Source: an uncultured Muribaculaceae bacterium (lineage in GTDB: Bacteria; Bacillota_I; Bacilli_A; RF39; UBA660). Taken from it: a stretch of DNA of 64,000 nucleotides. The stretch covers positions 31,607 to 95,606 of the forward strand of contig CAZJHG010000001.1 of assembly GCA_964545885.1 (NCBI GenBank). The letters run 5' to 3'. Position 1 is the first letter of the stretch, and each line of letters opens with the position of its first letter. Under the pieces are notes generated by a model. That model worked only from the letters and a program-made list of their open reading frames with translations. It was not told the origin of the DNA and made no database searches. The position numbers were made by a program, and so were the translations under genes. Shown here in pieces: positions 17,782 to 27,429 of this stretch.

Positions 17782-18891
17782 ATGAAATATTTAAAAGAAC
17801 ACAAAAAATTCACTATCTGTTATAGTATATTAATATTACTATCACTTATTGCAGTAATATTTACTTACAATAATCATTCATTTTATAAGCAAACTATTGC
17901 TAAAGTAACAGATACTAAAGAAGATCTAGTATCAACAGAAACTGTCACATATGGCTATACAGATAAAATATATAAACAAACTATTGAAGCAGTTATTCTA
18001 AATGGAACATATAAAGGAGAAAATATCATTATTGAAAACGAATATCATAACGGCGAAACTTATTCTCAAAAATATCAAAAAAATGATGAAATATTTATTT
18101 CTTTAAATGAAAGTCAATCTTCAATAAGAAATGCTCATATAGAAGGATATAAAAGAGATAAATACATAGTTATATTAATAGTATCCCTTATATTAGTAAT
18201 TGTCTTAGTAGGCCAATTAAAAGGATTCCTATCTATAATAAGCGTTATTGTAAATATAGTATTATTCAATATAATAGTATATCTTAATACTAAGAATATC
18301 TCCTTACCAATCCTATCCTACATAGGTAGTATAATATTCTCATGTATTTGCTTAAGTTTAGTGTCAGGCCTTAATAAAAAAACATTATCAGCTATAATAA
18401 GCAGTATACTAGGAGTAACAATTACTATGTTAATAACTTTAATAGTTATCAACATATCAAACTATAGTGGTATAAGATTTGAACAAATGGAACTACTAAC
18501 TAGACCATACGAAGGAATCTTTATATCAGAACTAATTCTAGGTGGTCTAGGAGCTATAATGGATATATCAATAAGCATTTCATCATCTTTACATGAACTC
18601 CTTGAAAAAGACACTAAAATAAGTAAAAAACAACTAATAAAATCAGGCTTCAATATAGGTAGAGATATAATGAGTACAATGATAAACGTTCTCTTCTTTA
18701 CTTACATATGTACCATTATTCCAAATTTAACTATATTATTTAGAAATGGAGTAAATATTAATACCTTAATGAAAGAATACATAACTTTAGAAATGACAAG
18801 AGCCCTAACAGGAGCTATAGGTATAGTAGTTACTATACCTATAGCCATCTACATAACAGTATTCCTATACAAAAGGAGGACTACTAAATGA
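17782..18891 (+). CDS. YibE/F-family membrane protein
   Basis: N-terminal TM segment, an extracellular domain, then about six TM helices. Start at ATG 17782, downstream of the terminator. ATGA overlap with the next gene. Confidence 0.6.
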   Translation: MKYLKEHKKFTICYSILILLSLIAVIFTYNNHSFYKQTIAKVTDTKEDLVSTETVTYGYTDKIYKQTIEAVILNGTYKGENIIIENEYHNGETYSQKYQKNDEIFISLNESQSSIRNAHIEGYKRDKYIVILIVSLILVIVLVGQLKGFLSIISVIVNIVLFNIIVYLNTKNISLPILSYIGSIIFSCICLSLVSGLNKKTLSAIISSILGVTITMLITLIVINISNYSGIRFEQMELLTRPYEGIFISELILGGLGAIMDISISISSSLHELLEKDTKISKKQLIKSGFNIGRDIMSTMINVLFFTYICTIIPNLTILFRNGVNINTLMKEYITLEMTRALTGAIGIVVTIPIAIYITVFLYKRRTTK

Positions 18892-19751
18892 TAAAAATAC
18901 TATCCCTAATACTATTAATATTACTACTTATAATAGGTGGTAAAAGAGGTTTAAAAACATATATAACAATATATCTTAATTTATTCTTACTATTTATATT
19001 AATCCTAATAGCAGGATGGAACTTCAATCCTATCATTCCAACTCTAGTAATATGTATAATAATAAGTATATTAATATTATTCTTCCTAAATGGAACAAAT
19101 AAAAAAACAATATCTTCATTTATATCAGTAATCATATTATTGATAATATTTACTATAATAACCTTTATCTTAAATAATAATATATATATCCAAGGATATC
19201 CAGAAGAAACAATAGACTCAATAGGATACTTAGTATATAATACTGGCCTAGACATGTTAACATTATCAAGTTGCATAATTATAATAGGACTTATAGGTAC
19301 TATAAACGATACTTCAATAGCAATATCATCTGCCTTATATGAAATAAATGATAATAATCCAAATCTATCTATAAAAGAATTATTCCTATCTGGAATGAAC
19401 ATAGGTAAAGACATATTAGGAACTACTACTAACACATTATTCTTTGCATTCTTAGGAGGATATATGACATTATTCATATATTTCCAAGATTTCCAATATA
19501 GTTTTTCTGCTATAATAAATTCTAAATTATTTGCAGTAGAATTCACTAGAATAATATTAGGTGGTATATCTTCATTCTTAATCATTCCATTAACATCTAT
19601 AATAACATCAATACTATGTAAATATAATAAGGAGGAACTTTATGAAAAAATTAAATATTATTTACGAAGACAAAGAACTACTAGTAGTAGAAAAAGAATC
19701 TCATCTACTAACAATAGCAACCGAAAAAAGAGAATCAAGAACTCTATATAA
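18888..19751 (+). CDS. YibE/F-family membrane protein
   Basis: Polytopic protein paired with the preceding gene. Its basic C-terminal tail overlaps the next gene by 110 nt. Confidence 0.6.
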   Translation: MIKILSLILLILLLIIGGKRGLKTYITIYLNLFLLFILILIAGWNFNPIIPTLVICIIISILILFFLNGTNKKTISSFISVIILLIIFTIITFILNNNIYIQGYPEETIDSIGYLVYNTGLDMLTLSSCIIIIGLIGTINDTSIAISSALYEINDNNPNLSIKELFLSGMNIGKDILGTTTNTLFFAFLGGYMTLFIYFQDFQYSFSAIINSKLFAVEFTRIILGGISSFLIIPLTSIITSILCKYNKEELYEKIKYYLRRQRTTSSRKRISSTNNSNRKKRIKNSI

Positions 19752-20292
19752 TGAAGCAAGTACTTATGTAAAAAAACAATACCCTAAAAATAAGGTATTT
19801 ATAGTTCATAGATTAGATAAAGATACATCAGGTATTGTAATTTTTGCTAAAAACCAAGATAAAAAAATATCTTTACAAAATAACTGGTCTAATGTAAAAA
19901 GAGAATATCTATGTATAGTAGAAGGTAAATTACCTAAACAGAAAGACACCTTAAAAAGTTATCTAGCTGAATCCAAAACTTTAGAAGTATATAGCACTAA
20001 AGATAAATCAAAAGGTAAATTAGCTATTACAGAATACGAAGTATTACAATCTAATAGTAAATACTCATTATTAAGAATAAATATTAAAACAGGAAGACGT
20101 AATCAAATAAGAGTTCAACTAAGTGATATAGGAAATCCTATCATAGGAGATAAAAAATATGGTAGTACATCTAATCCTTTAAAAAGACTAGGTCTTCATG
20201 CTAACTTAATAGAATACAAAGAAAAAGACAAACTATACCATTTTGAAACTAAATACCCAAAAGAATTTACTAAACTATTTAAGAATATTTAG
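19642..20292 (+). CDS. RluA-family pseudouridine synthase
   Basis: HRLDKDTSG catalytic motif and GRRNQIR. Strong AAGGAGGA RBS. Confidence 0.85.
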   Translation: MKKLNIIYEDKELLVVEKESHLLTIATEKRESRTLYNEASTYVKKQYPKNKVFIVHRLDKDTSGIVIFAKNQDKKISLQNNWSNVKREYLCIVEGKLPKQKDTLKSYLAESKTLEVYSTKDKSKGKLAITEYEVLQSNSKYSLLRINIKTGRRNQIRVQLSDIGNPIIGDKKYGSTSNPLKRLGLHANLIEYKEKDKLYHFETKYPKEFTKLFKNI

Positions 20293-20339
20293 TAAATTCT
20301 TTTTTTATGATATAATTTTCTAGATAATAAGGTGATAAT

Positions 20340-21062
20340 ATGCAAAATATATTTAATTTAATATTTGATAACATACTATTAGTAGGATTTATTTTAGCAG
20401 TATATCTAGTATATAAACAATATACTGATTTAAAAAATAGAACATCTTCTATGTTAGATTTATTTAATAAAACTTTATCTAAGTACCTAGAAGATAAATT
20501 TAATGCAGCCAAATCATTAGCTGAGGAATTAAAAAAAGAATATGGTCATGTTGATAAGTTAAATACTGAAATAGATCGTTTATTATATATAATAGATAAA
20601 TCAAGTGAGAAAACTATTAATAATTATGTAGAAACTAGTAATGCTCTTAATAAGTTTAAAATAGATAAAAAAATAGATGCTGAAAAATATCCTAGAATGC
20701 TTGAATTAAATAAAATAAAACTATTTACTGACGAGGAAATGGAATCTTTAGACAATGGTTTGGCTATTGCTAGAAAAGAGTATAATACAGAAGCATTTAG
20801 ATATAATGAAAAGGCTAGTTCATTTCCTATCCAATATTTAACCAAGTATTTAAAATTAAATAGTCAATATAGTATTTTTGACGCACTATCGAAGAAATAT
20901 TCGGATATGTACGAAGTATTTGAAGAGGAAGAACCGGAAATTAATTTCTTATCTTCTTTAAATTATGTTAAAGAAGATGATTTATCAAACGATTTACCAA
21001 AACTTAAGGAATCAAAAGAAAATGAAGTAATTGAAATATCATCATACGATCAAAAAAAATAA
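20340..21062 (+). CDS. lemA: LemA-family protein
   Basis: N-terminal TM segment plus a YP..L...AR.EYN...F.YN....FP pattern. Confidence 0.55.
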   Translation: MQNIFNLIFDNILLVGFILAVYLVYKQYTDLKNRTSSMLDLFNKTLSKYLEDKFNAAKSLAEELKKEYGHVDKLNTEIDRLLYIIDKSSEKTINNYVETSNALNKFKIDKKIDAEKYPRMLELNKIKLFTDEEMESLDNGLAIARKEYNTEAFRYNEKASSFPIQYLTKYLKLNSQYSIFDALSKKYSDMYEVFEEEEPEINFLSSLNYVKEDDLSNDLPKLKESKENEVIEISSYDQKK

Positions 21063-21082
21063 AATAAACAAGGAGGACCAAT

Positions 21083-21586
21083 ATGAAGAAAAATAAAAAA
21101 TACGACATTATAATATATGGTTCTCTTATTGGAGCAATTATATGCATTATATTCGGTTATGGTGATTATATATATTCATTAAAAGATGCTACTATTAGTT
21201 TTTCTAAAAAAGAACCTAGTATTTCAGAAGATACTATTATAGAAGAACCATCTATTATGCAATCTATAGATAAAAAAACTCTATTTAATGAATATTTATA
21301 TTCAATAAATGATCAAATTATAATAGATGATGTAATATCATTTGACATGCTTAATAGTTGGGATAACTATGAAGTACTAAGTATAACTTATGATGGAGAA
21401 ATATTAGAATCATATTATTCTTATTTAGTGGATATAAAGATAAGTAACAAGAATGCTACATTACCAACAGGTAAGAATAAAAGACTAAGTACAAATAATT
21501 ATATTGTAATAACTTTAAATTTTAATGTTGCATATAATAAAACTACTAATACCTACGTAGTAAAAAGCATAGACATCCCTGTATAA
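21083..21586 (+). CDS. membrane-anchored hypothetical protein
   Basis: AAGGAGGA RBS and a single N-terminal TM segment. Confidence 0.55.
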   Translation: MKKNKKYDIIIYGSLIGAIICIIFGYGDYIYSLKDATISFSKKEPSISEDTIIEEPSIMQSIDKKTLFNEYLYSINDQIIIDDVISFDMLNSWDNYEVLSITYDGEILESYYSYLVDIKISNKNATLPTGKNKRLSTNNYIVITLNFNVAYNKTTNTYVVKSIDIPV

Positions 21587-21593
21587 AGCAAAA

Positions 21594-21627
21594 AAATGCA
21601 AAAATTATAAAAAATTTGCATTTTTTT
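21594..21627 (+). terminator. intrinsic terminator
   Basis: AAATGCAAA / TTTGCATTT stem followed by a T run. Confidence 0.65.
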
Positions 21628-21628
21628 A

Positions 21629-21656
21629 TTGACATTAATATTAAGAATGTTATAAT
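21629..21656 (+). promoter_or_regulatory. consensus promoter of tRNA-Asn
   Basis: TTGACA, 16-nt spacer, then TGtTATAAT, 11 nt before the tRNA 5' end. Confidence 0.75.
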
Positions 21657-21667
21657 TAAAGAGCAAT

Positions 21668-21743
21668 GCCTGATTAGCTCAGTCGGTAGAGCGCACGGCT
21701 GTTAACCGTTAGGTCGCAGGTTCGAGTCCTGCATCAGGCGCCA
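21668..21743 (+). tRNA. tRNA-Asn (GTT), CCA encoded
   Basis: Hand-folded cloverleaf: acceptor GCCTGAT/ATCAGGC, anticodon loop CTGTTAA, T arm GCAGG-TTCGAGT-CCTGC, and a 3' GCCA end. Confidence 0.9.
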
Positions 21744-21754
21744 TTGTTAAAATA

Positions 21755-21781
21755 ACAGATTCATAAGAATCTGTTTTTTTT
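21755..21781 (+). terminator. intrinsic terminator
   Basis: ACAGATTC / GAATCTGT stem, ATAA loop, T8 run. Confidence 0.85.
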
Positions 21782-21885
21782 GTGATATTTTTTTAAATAT
21801 CAGAGCATTTTATTTTTGAAATCTTTAAATCAAATATCATACGTGGTATAATTACTACAATAATATAATAAAAGAGTGATGAAGT

Positions 21886-22116
21886 ATGAAAATGTTAAAT
21901 ATTAAAAAAACAAATATTATAATCGTTGCAATTATCTTTATTATTACTTTATTAGCTTTAGCAATTCCTGTTTCCACAGTTTCAAATTTAATAAATAAGA
22001 TTAATTTTAATGAAGAAAATACAGATGATGAATTAACAGATAACTGGGAACTAGAAATATTTTTTTATAATCCAGAAGTTGATGATGGTAAAACACCACT
22101 TACCGAATATAATTAG
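21886..22116 (+). CDS. signal-anchor N-terminal fragment of the large surface protein, ending at an in-frame TAG
   Basis: N-terminal TM/signal segment. It is in the same frame as 22279..26913, and I found no other stop between 22117 and 22278. Confidence 0.5.
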   Translation: MKMLNIKKTNIIIVAIIFIITLLALAIPVSTVSNLINKINFNEENTDDELTDNWELEIFFYNPEVDDGKTPLTEYN

Positions 22117-22278
22117 GAAGCTTTATCGCATGATGAAGAAAGAGATGTTATTATTCAAATAAATTATAAAAATTCTAATACAATTACTTCATATAAAAAA
22201 GGCGAGTTAAAAATAGTTATACCAAAATTACATTATCATAATGGTTATCTTTCGCCATCTGAAACTACAACTGGAACT

Positions 22279-25200
22279 TTGGAAGATGGTTTTGAGTGGA
22301 AATGGACTTATACTTTAAAAGATAGTATAATTCTTACAAATAATATAGATATTCAACCTCAAACTAATTTTGAAGGTAGTATTCAATTGTGTTTTCGCCC
22401 AGCGACAATGTATATAAAAAATGGCACAGTTCAACCTTTTAAGGTAAATTTTGAAACGAAATCTTATCTATTGTCTGAAAGCAATACAATTATATTTAAT
22501 TATACGTCAATAAGAAAAGAACAAACAGTTAGTATAAGCGGTAATAAATTAAAAGGATATGACCGATTACCTGAAGGTGCTGACGATTATGTTTGGGTTA
22601 GATGGCACTTAGACTTGAACTCTTGTGATGGAGTAAGAGGGATATATGTTAATGATGCAAGTACTTATCGTCCTATAAATGATGATTTTAAACTTTATTT
22701 TGTTTCACACATCCCAGAAGACGCAATTGTTCTTGATTCTAATTTGGAGGTTTCTGAAAATACAAATGGAGAAGCTAAAACTTATACTTATACTCATGGA
22801 TATTATTATGCAACACAAAGTATATACAGAATAAAAACAGATATAATTGTAGGTTATCCTAAAGAAAAATATCAAGAAGAGCAAATAGAATATAAAGTTG
22901 ATGTCTATGGAGTATATTGGGATGAAGAAGAGACAAGCCTTTTATGTAGTTCTAATAAAGTTGTAAATGGCAAGGATTATTTAATTGCTGGCTTTGGTAG
23001 ATTATATTGGCATCAAAAAAAAGATGGCTGGGCAGTAAGTTCTAACAAAGCAAAATTGAATTATTCATCAACCCAATACTCTAGTAATGTCGATGTTCGC
23101 TATACTGGTAAAAAAATGGATGTTGAATTAGCTGATGATATAATGGCAGTCTCAACTACTAATGGTCAATATAGAAAACTAACTGATGAAGAATATTACT
23201 TTACGGGACTTGAGTGGATTGGTGATGTAATTGTAAATTCAAACGATATTGTGATACAATCGTATCCTATGGAAGTTTGGGTTAGGTATGCTGGTGAAGA
23301 TAATTTTGTTTTATTTAGAAATGATTTAGAGGCTAATAAAGCCTATGCTGGTAACAATAGAATAAAATTTTCAGAAGAAAATAAAAAAGTAGTTGGTTGG
23401 AAGGTAATTATAAAAGATTTGGAAGAATCGATAATAGCTGGCAATGGTTATAATCATATAAATAGAATTAAAGTAAATATAAGCACAAATAACATTGCAG
23501 ATACTGGCTATGTTTATAATTTTACTTATCTTAAAGTTTTAACCAATGGTGAAATACAAAATCCCGCAACTATTGATAGTTATAGTAGTGAGATGATTGA
23601 AAATGGTATTGCAGCATACGATAGTGAAACATATAACGAATATTTGAACCGTTCAGTTGGTAAGGCAGAGATAATCGATGATATTATCCTTACAGCAATG
23701 AGGACGTATTCAACTAACAATGGTCAACTCTCTAATAATGTATCTAAAGAACAATTTGAAGGAAGTTTCGGAGTAAGTTCGAATTTTAATACTTCTAAAA
23801 GTACATACAATGATTTTACAGGGTTTACTTATTACTCCTTGCTACCAAATGGTATGAACTATGAATCGTTATCTAAAATGAATAATTTAGATGCTATAAA
23901 ATCATTAAAAACAAAATCAGGGATAACTTTAACAAAAGATTATATTTTAGAACATATTACAGTTGAAGCAAAAGAAAATTGGAATGGAACTGGAAGAACA
24001 AAGCTTGCAATTAAATATGATTTTTCAGATGACCCACTTGATTTTTCAACTTTCCAAACTACAAAAGGGAATGGCGACGAAAGTCTTGTAGATATAGTCT
24101 TTCCTTGCATATATGTAAATGTTTCTGTATCATATGATGCATATTTTGAATATGGTTCAACATATAATTTAGATATTTTATTATCTTTAAACGATAGAGA
24201 AAAAGACAATTTTTTTCCAGTTCACTATCAATCTAATGATATAAGTTTAAAAGAGTCCACTAAAACTGGCCCTAATGTAGTTTACGATACGTTAGATATA
24301 AACGAAAATAATCAAAATGAAATAATGTTAAAGCATACTACTAAAATGACAACTTCAAAATTATTATCTTCTCACCAAGATGTAACAACTTATGTTCAAA
24401 CAGAAGAAAATAACTATACAAAAGAAAATGCCACAACCTCAAATAATTCAACTTATAGATATAAATTAAGAGTACGAACAGGAACTACTAATATTACAAA
24501 TTTTACAATATACACCAATATAGAAGAAGCCCAATATTATAGAGAACATTGGAACGGTCAACTTACAAATATTGATACTTCATATGCTACTTCAAGCGGA
24601 TATAATGTTAAAATATATTATTCTGAAAAAAAGGATGCCGGAAGATTATCAGAAGATAATAGTTGGAAAGAATATACAGAAGATATTGATAAGACTAAAA
24701 TCAAATCATTAGCTTTTACATATTTAGATGAAAATGGAAAAAATGCAACAATTCCAGCAAACTCATTAACATATGTTGTAATTGAAATGAAATCTCCATC
24801 CAATGAAAATATAGCAACATTAGCTTATAATAATTGTTGGACAGAATGGAATGCAATTGATGCAACAACAAATCAAAAAATAGATTTCATAACAGGAATT
24901 AATTCAAATATTACAAAAGTTTATCTTCCTAGTTCAAAAACTACAACAGACATTAATATTTCATTAGAAAAGAAATGGGAAGACAATAACGATTCTTTAA
25001 AATTAAGACCATCTACAATAAAATATAAATTAATAAGTAATGAGAATTATAATGATTATGTAGAAATAACTTTAACAAAAAGAGATACTGATTTAAACAA
25101 TCAAAATATATGGAAAAGAGATATTGAATTACCAAAATATGATGAAGATGGTAAAGAAATTTCATACACAATTATTGAAGATACCATTCAATTAGATAAT

Positions 25201-26913
25201 AATTATAAATATGTTCCATCCCAAGATGAATATTTAATTACAAACACTCTATCAAAAGAATTAACAATTACAAAGAAATGGTTAGATAATAACAATAGTT
25301 ATTTAACAAGACCATCTAATGTAACAATAAAAGTATTACAGAATGATAAAGAATACAAGGACGTAGTTATAACAGGTAATTACAGTACTAATGAATGGTC
25401 AAATAATATAACGGTACCTGTATATGATAATGAAGGTAATGAATACGTTTATACTTTAAAAGAAGTAGAAGTAGATAATTATAAAAGTTCATATAATAAA
25501 GAAACATATACCTTTACAAATATATTATCTGGTGAAGAAAAAATAACAATTACTAAAAAATGGATAGATAATTCAAATCAATATAATACTCGACCATCCA
25601 ATATTAGTATAATTTTAAAGCAAAATAATCAAGAATTTAAAACAATAGTATTAAATGGAACTACTGATACATGGAAAAGCGAAGAAATAATAGTACCAAA
25701 ATATGATGAAAAAGGTATTAAATATCTTTACACTATAGAGGAGAAAACTATTAATCACTATGGAAACGTTGAATATGATCAAAATGAGTATTTAATAACT
25801 AATACATTAAAAGAAAACAGTATATTAACTATTACAAAGCATTGGATTGATGGAAGCAATGCATATAATACTCGTCCAGAAAATTTAAATATAACTTTAT
25901 TACAAAATGGAATAGAATATAAAAAAATTATATTAAGTGGAAATTCAGATATATGGACAACTAATATTGAAGTTCCTAAATATGATGATAATCAAGTAGA
26001 GTATAAATATACTATCCAAGAACAAATTCAAAATGTAGATAATGATTACACTGATATAGTTTACAGCCAAGATGAACTATCAGTAACCAATAAACTTAGT
26101 AAAGATACCAATCTAACTATTACAAAAAAATGGATAGATTATGACAATGAATATTTAACAAGACCAGACAAAATAATAATAAGTTTATTACAAAATAATC
26201 AAAAGTATAAGGAATTAGAATTATCTGGCAATGAAAATATTTGGGAATTAGTTGTTGAAAATGTCCCAGTTTATGATGAAAATGGTAAAAGATATTCATA
26301 TACAATAGAAGAATCAATTAATGATGTCTTAGAAAATTATGGCAAGATAACATATGATCAAACCAATCTAACAGTAACAAATGAATTAACAGAGAAACCA
26401 AAAGTAACATTATATTTTACAGTAAAAAATGGTTATACAGAAATTGGTAAAGATGAAGTTAAATTTGATGAAGATGGTTATAAAAAAGTTTTAGAAAAAT
26501 ATGGCTTAAATTCAGAACAAGAGTATATATATAGTATTGAACTAGAAAATACTGAAACAGGAGAAAAATATGAAGGAAATTTAAGTACTCAAGGTGTCTT
26601 AGAGTTTTTGGATTTACCATACGGAACATATCGTGCTATTAGAGGAGAAGATGAATATTTTGATTTCGTAAGTATGTTAAATATCGAAGATATTCCAGGT
26701 GTAACATTCATAGAAGAAGAAAATGGTGGAGTTATAAAAATAGAACCAACAGGTCAAAATATTATTTATGGTGTAAATATAGTAAATAAAATAGAAACGC
26801 CAGTTCAAAACCCAAATACCAAGAATGGAAAGTATAATTATATATCCATTATTATTCTTATTATATTAAGTAGTCTAATTACTTATTATTCATATAAAAA
26901 ATTAAACTATTAG
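22279..26913 (+). CDS. large cell-surface protein with five Cna-B-type repeats (frame open from 22117)
   Basis: Five TKKW.D..N....RP......L.QN......W....VP.YD..G....YT..E repeats, a prealbumin-like LPYGTY segment, and a C-terminal hydrophobic anchor with a KK tail. The track start is a TTG with no signal peptide. Confidence 0.75.
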   Translation: MEDGFEWKWTYTLKDSIILTNNIDIQPQTNFEGSIQLCFRPATMYIKNGTVQPFKVNFETKSYLLSESNTIIFNYTSIRKEQTVSISGNKLKGYDRLPEGADDYVWVRWHLDLNSCDGVRGIYVNDASTYRPINDDFKLYFVSHIPEDAIVLDSNLEVSENTNGEAKTYTYTHGYYYATQSIYRIKTDIIVGYPKEKYQEEQIEYKVDVYGVYWDEEETSLLCSSNKVVNGKDYLIAGFGRLYWHQKKDGWAVSSNKAKLNYSSTQYSSNVDVRYTGKKMDVELADDIMAVSTTNGQYRKLTDEEYYFTGLEWIGDVIVNSNDIVIQSYPMEVWVRYAGEDNFVLFRNDLEANKAYAGNNRIKFSEENKKVVGWKVIIKDLEESIIAGNGYNHINRIKVNISTNNIADTGYVYNFTYLKVLTNGEIQNPATIDSYSSEMIENGIAAYDSETYNEYLNRSVGKAEIIDDIILTAMRTYSTNNGQLSNNVSKEQFEGSFGVSSNFNTSKSTYNDFTGFTYYSLLPNGMNYESLSKMNNLDAIKSLKTKSGITLTKDYILEHITVEAKENWNGTGRTKLAIKYDFSDDPLDFSTFQTTKGNGDESLVDIVFPCIYVNVSVSYDAYFEYGSTYNLDILLSLNDREKDNFFPVHYQSNDISLKESTKTGPNVVYDTLDINENNQNEIMLKHTTKMTTSKLLSSHQDVTTYVQTEENNYTKENATTSNNSTYRYKLRVRTGTTNITNFTIYTNIEEAQYYREHWNGQLTNIDTSYATSSGYNVKIYYSEKKDAGRLSEDNSWKEYTEDIDKTKIKSLAFTYLDENGKNATIPANSLTYVVIEMKSPSNENIATLAYNNCWTEWNAIDATTNQKIDFITGINSNITKVYLPSSKTTTDINISLEKKWEDNNDSLKLRPSTIKYKLISNENYNDYVEITLTKRDTDLNNQNIWKRDIELPKYDEDGKEISYTIIEDTIQLDNNYKYVPSQDEYLITNTLSKELTITKKWLDNNNSYLTRPSNVTIKVLQNDKEYKDVVITGNYSTNEWSNNITVPVYDNEGNEYVYTLKEVEVDNYKSSYNKETYTFTNILSGEEKITITKKWIDNSNQYNTRPSNISIILKQNNQEFKTIVLNGTTDTWKSEEIIVPKYDEKGIKYLYTIEEKTINHYGNVEYDQNEYLITNTLKENSILTITKHWIDGSNAYNTRPENLNITLLQNGIEYKKIILSGNSDIWTTNIEVPKYDDNQVEYKYTIQEQIQNVDNDYTDIVYSQDELSVTNKLSKDTNLTITKKWIDYDNEYLTRPDKIIISLLQNNQKYKELELSGNENIWELVVENVPVYDENGKRYSYTIEESINDVLENYGKITYDQTNLTVTNELTEKPKVTLYFTVKNGYTEIGKDEVKFDEDGYKKVLEKYGLNSEQEYIYSIELENTETGEKYEGNLSTQGVLEFLDLPYGTYRAIRGEDEYFDFVSMLNIEDIPGVTFIEEENGGVIKIEPTGQNIIYGVNIVNKIETPVQNPNTKNGKYNYISIIILIILSSLITYYSYKKLNY
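24961..26400 (+). repeat. five tandem ~96-codon Cna-B-type coding repeats
   Basis: The repeats begin SLEKKWEDNN, LTITKKWLDNNN, KITITKKWIDNSN, ILTITKHWIDGSN and NLTITKKWIDYDN. Confidence 0.8.
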
Positions 26914-26915
26914 AA

Positions 26916-26950
26916 AAATAGAGTTAGTGTAATCTAAACTCTATTTTTTC
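26916..26950 (+). terminator. intrinsic terminator
   Basis: AAATAGAGTT / AACTCTATTT 10-bp stem followed by a T run. Confidence 0.75.
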
Positions 26951-27007
26951 TTTAAAATTAGCCTTAATCACCACATATATTTATGATATAATTAATTGGG
27001 TGATATT

Positions 27008-27415
27008 ATGGCAAAACAAGATACCAATTTAGATCATATAGAATTTGAAATTAAATGGGAAGGAAAACCAGCTGGCTTAATTGAAAGATTTTTGACTTCA
27101 ATTAATTTGAATTTTACAGATTATCAAATTACCAAAGATGAACTTATTATTAAAAGAGGATTTCTCTTTCAAAGAATAAATACAACAGAGTTATATATGT
27201 TAAAAGACCCTGACATAACAGTTAACTTATATCAGCGTTTAATCGGTGTTGGTTCTATATATGTAACTATTGATTCTTCGAGCAATGGCCATAGAGCAGG
27301 TGAAAGAATTGTTTTAAGAAATATTCGTGAATGTGAAAAAGTAAGAAAATTATTAAGAGATAGTATTGAAGATGATGTAATGGAAAGAAAGATTACATAC
27401 TTTGATAAAGTTTAA
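27008..27415 (+). CDS. bacterial PH (bPH_2/YdbT-like) domain protein without TM helices
   Basis: [29 protein letters not shown]...GVGSIYV pattern. Start at ATG 27008. Confidence 0.55.
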   Translation: MAKQDTNLDHIEFEIKWEGKPAGLIERFLTSINLNFTDYQITKDELIIKRGFLFQRINTTELYMLKDPDITVNLYQRLIGVGSIYVTIDSSSNGHRAGERIVLRNIRECEKVRKLLRDSIEDDVMERKITYFDKV

Positions 27416-27429
27416 GAAAGTGTGATAAT

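Noticed and set aside
18884-19585. 233-aa minus-strand ORF
   Set aside because: It is fully antisense to the YibE/F gene. It is Ile/Asn-rich and low-complexity, has no RBS, and is a shadow ORF typical of AT-rich coding DNA. The same reasoning applies to the other short antisense track ORFs, e.g. 1249-1452, 6491-6748, 14388-14741, 23940-24209, 42121-42420 and 60618-60917.
22114-22116. Programmed recoding (pyrrolysine or read-through) of the in-frame TAG
   Set aside because: TAG is used as an ordinary stop by many genes in this window (the aquaporin, ALDH, nrdD and the small NrdD chain). I saw no pyl genes or downstream recoding structure.
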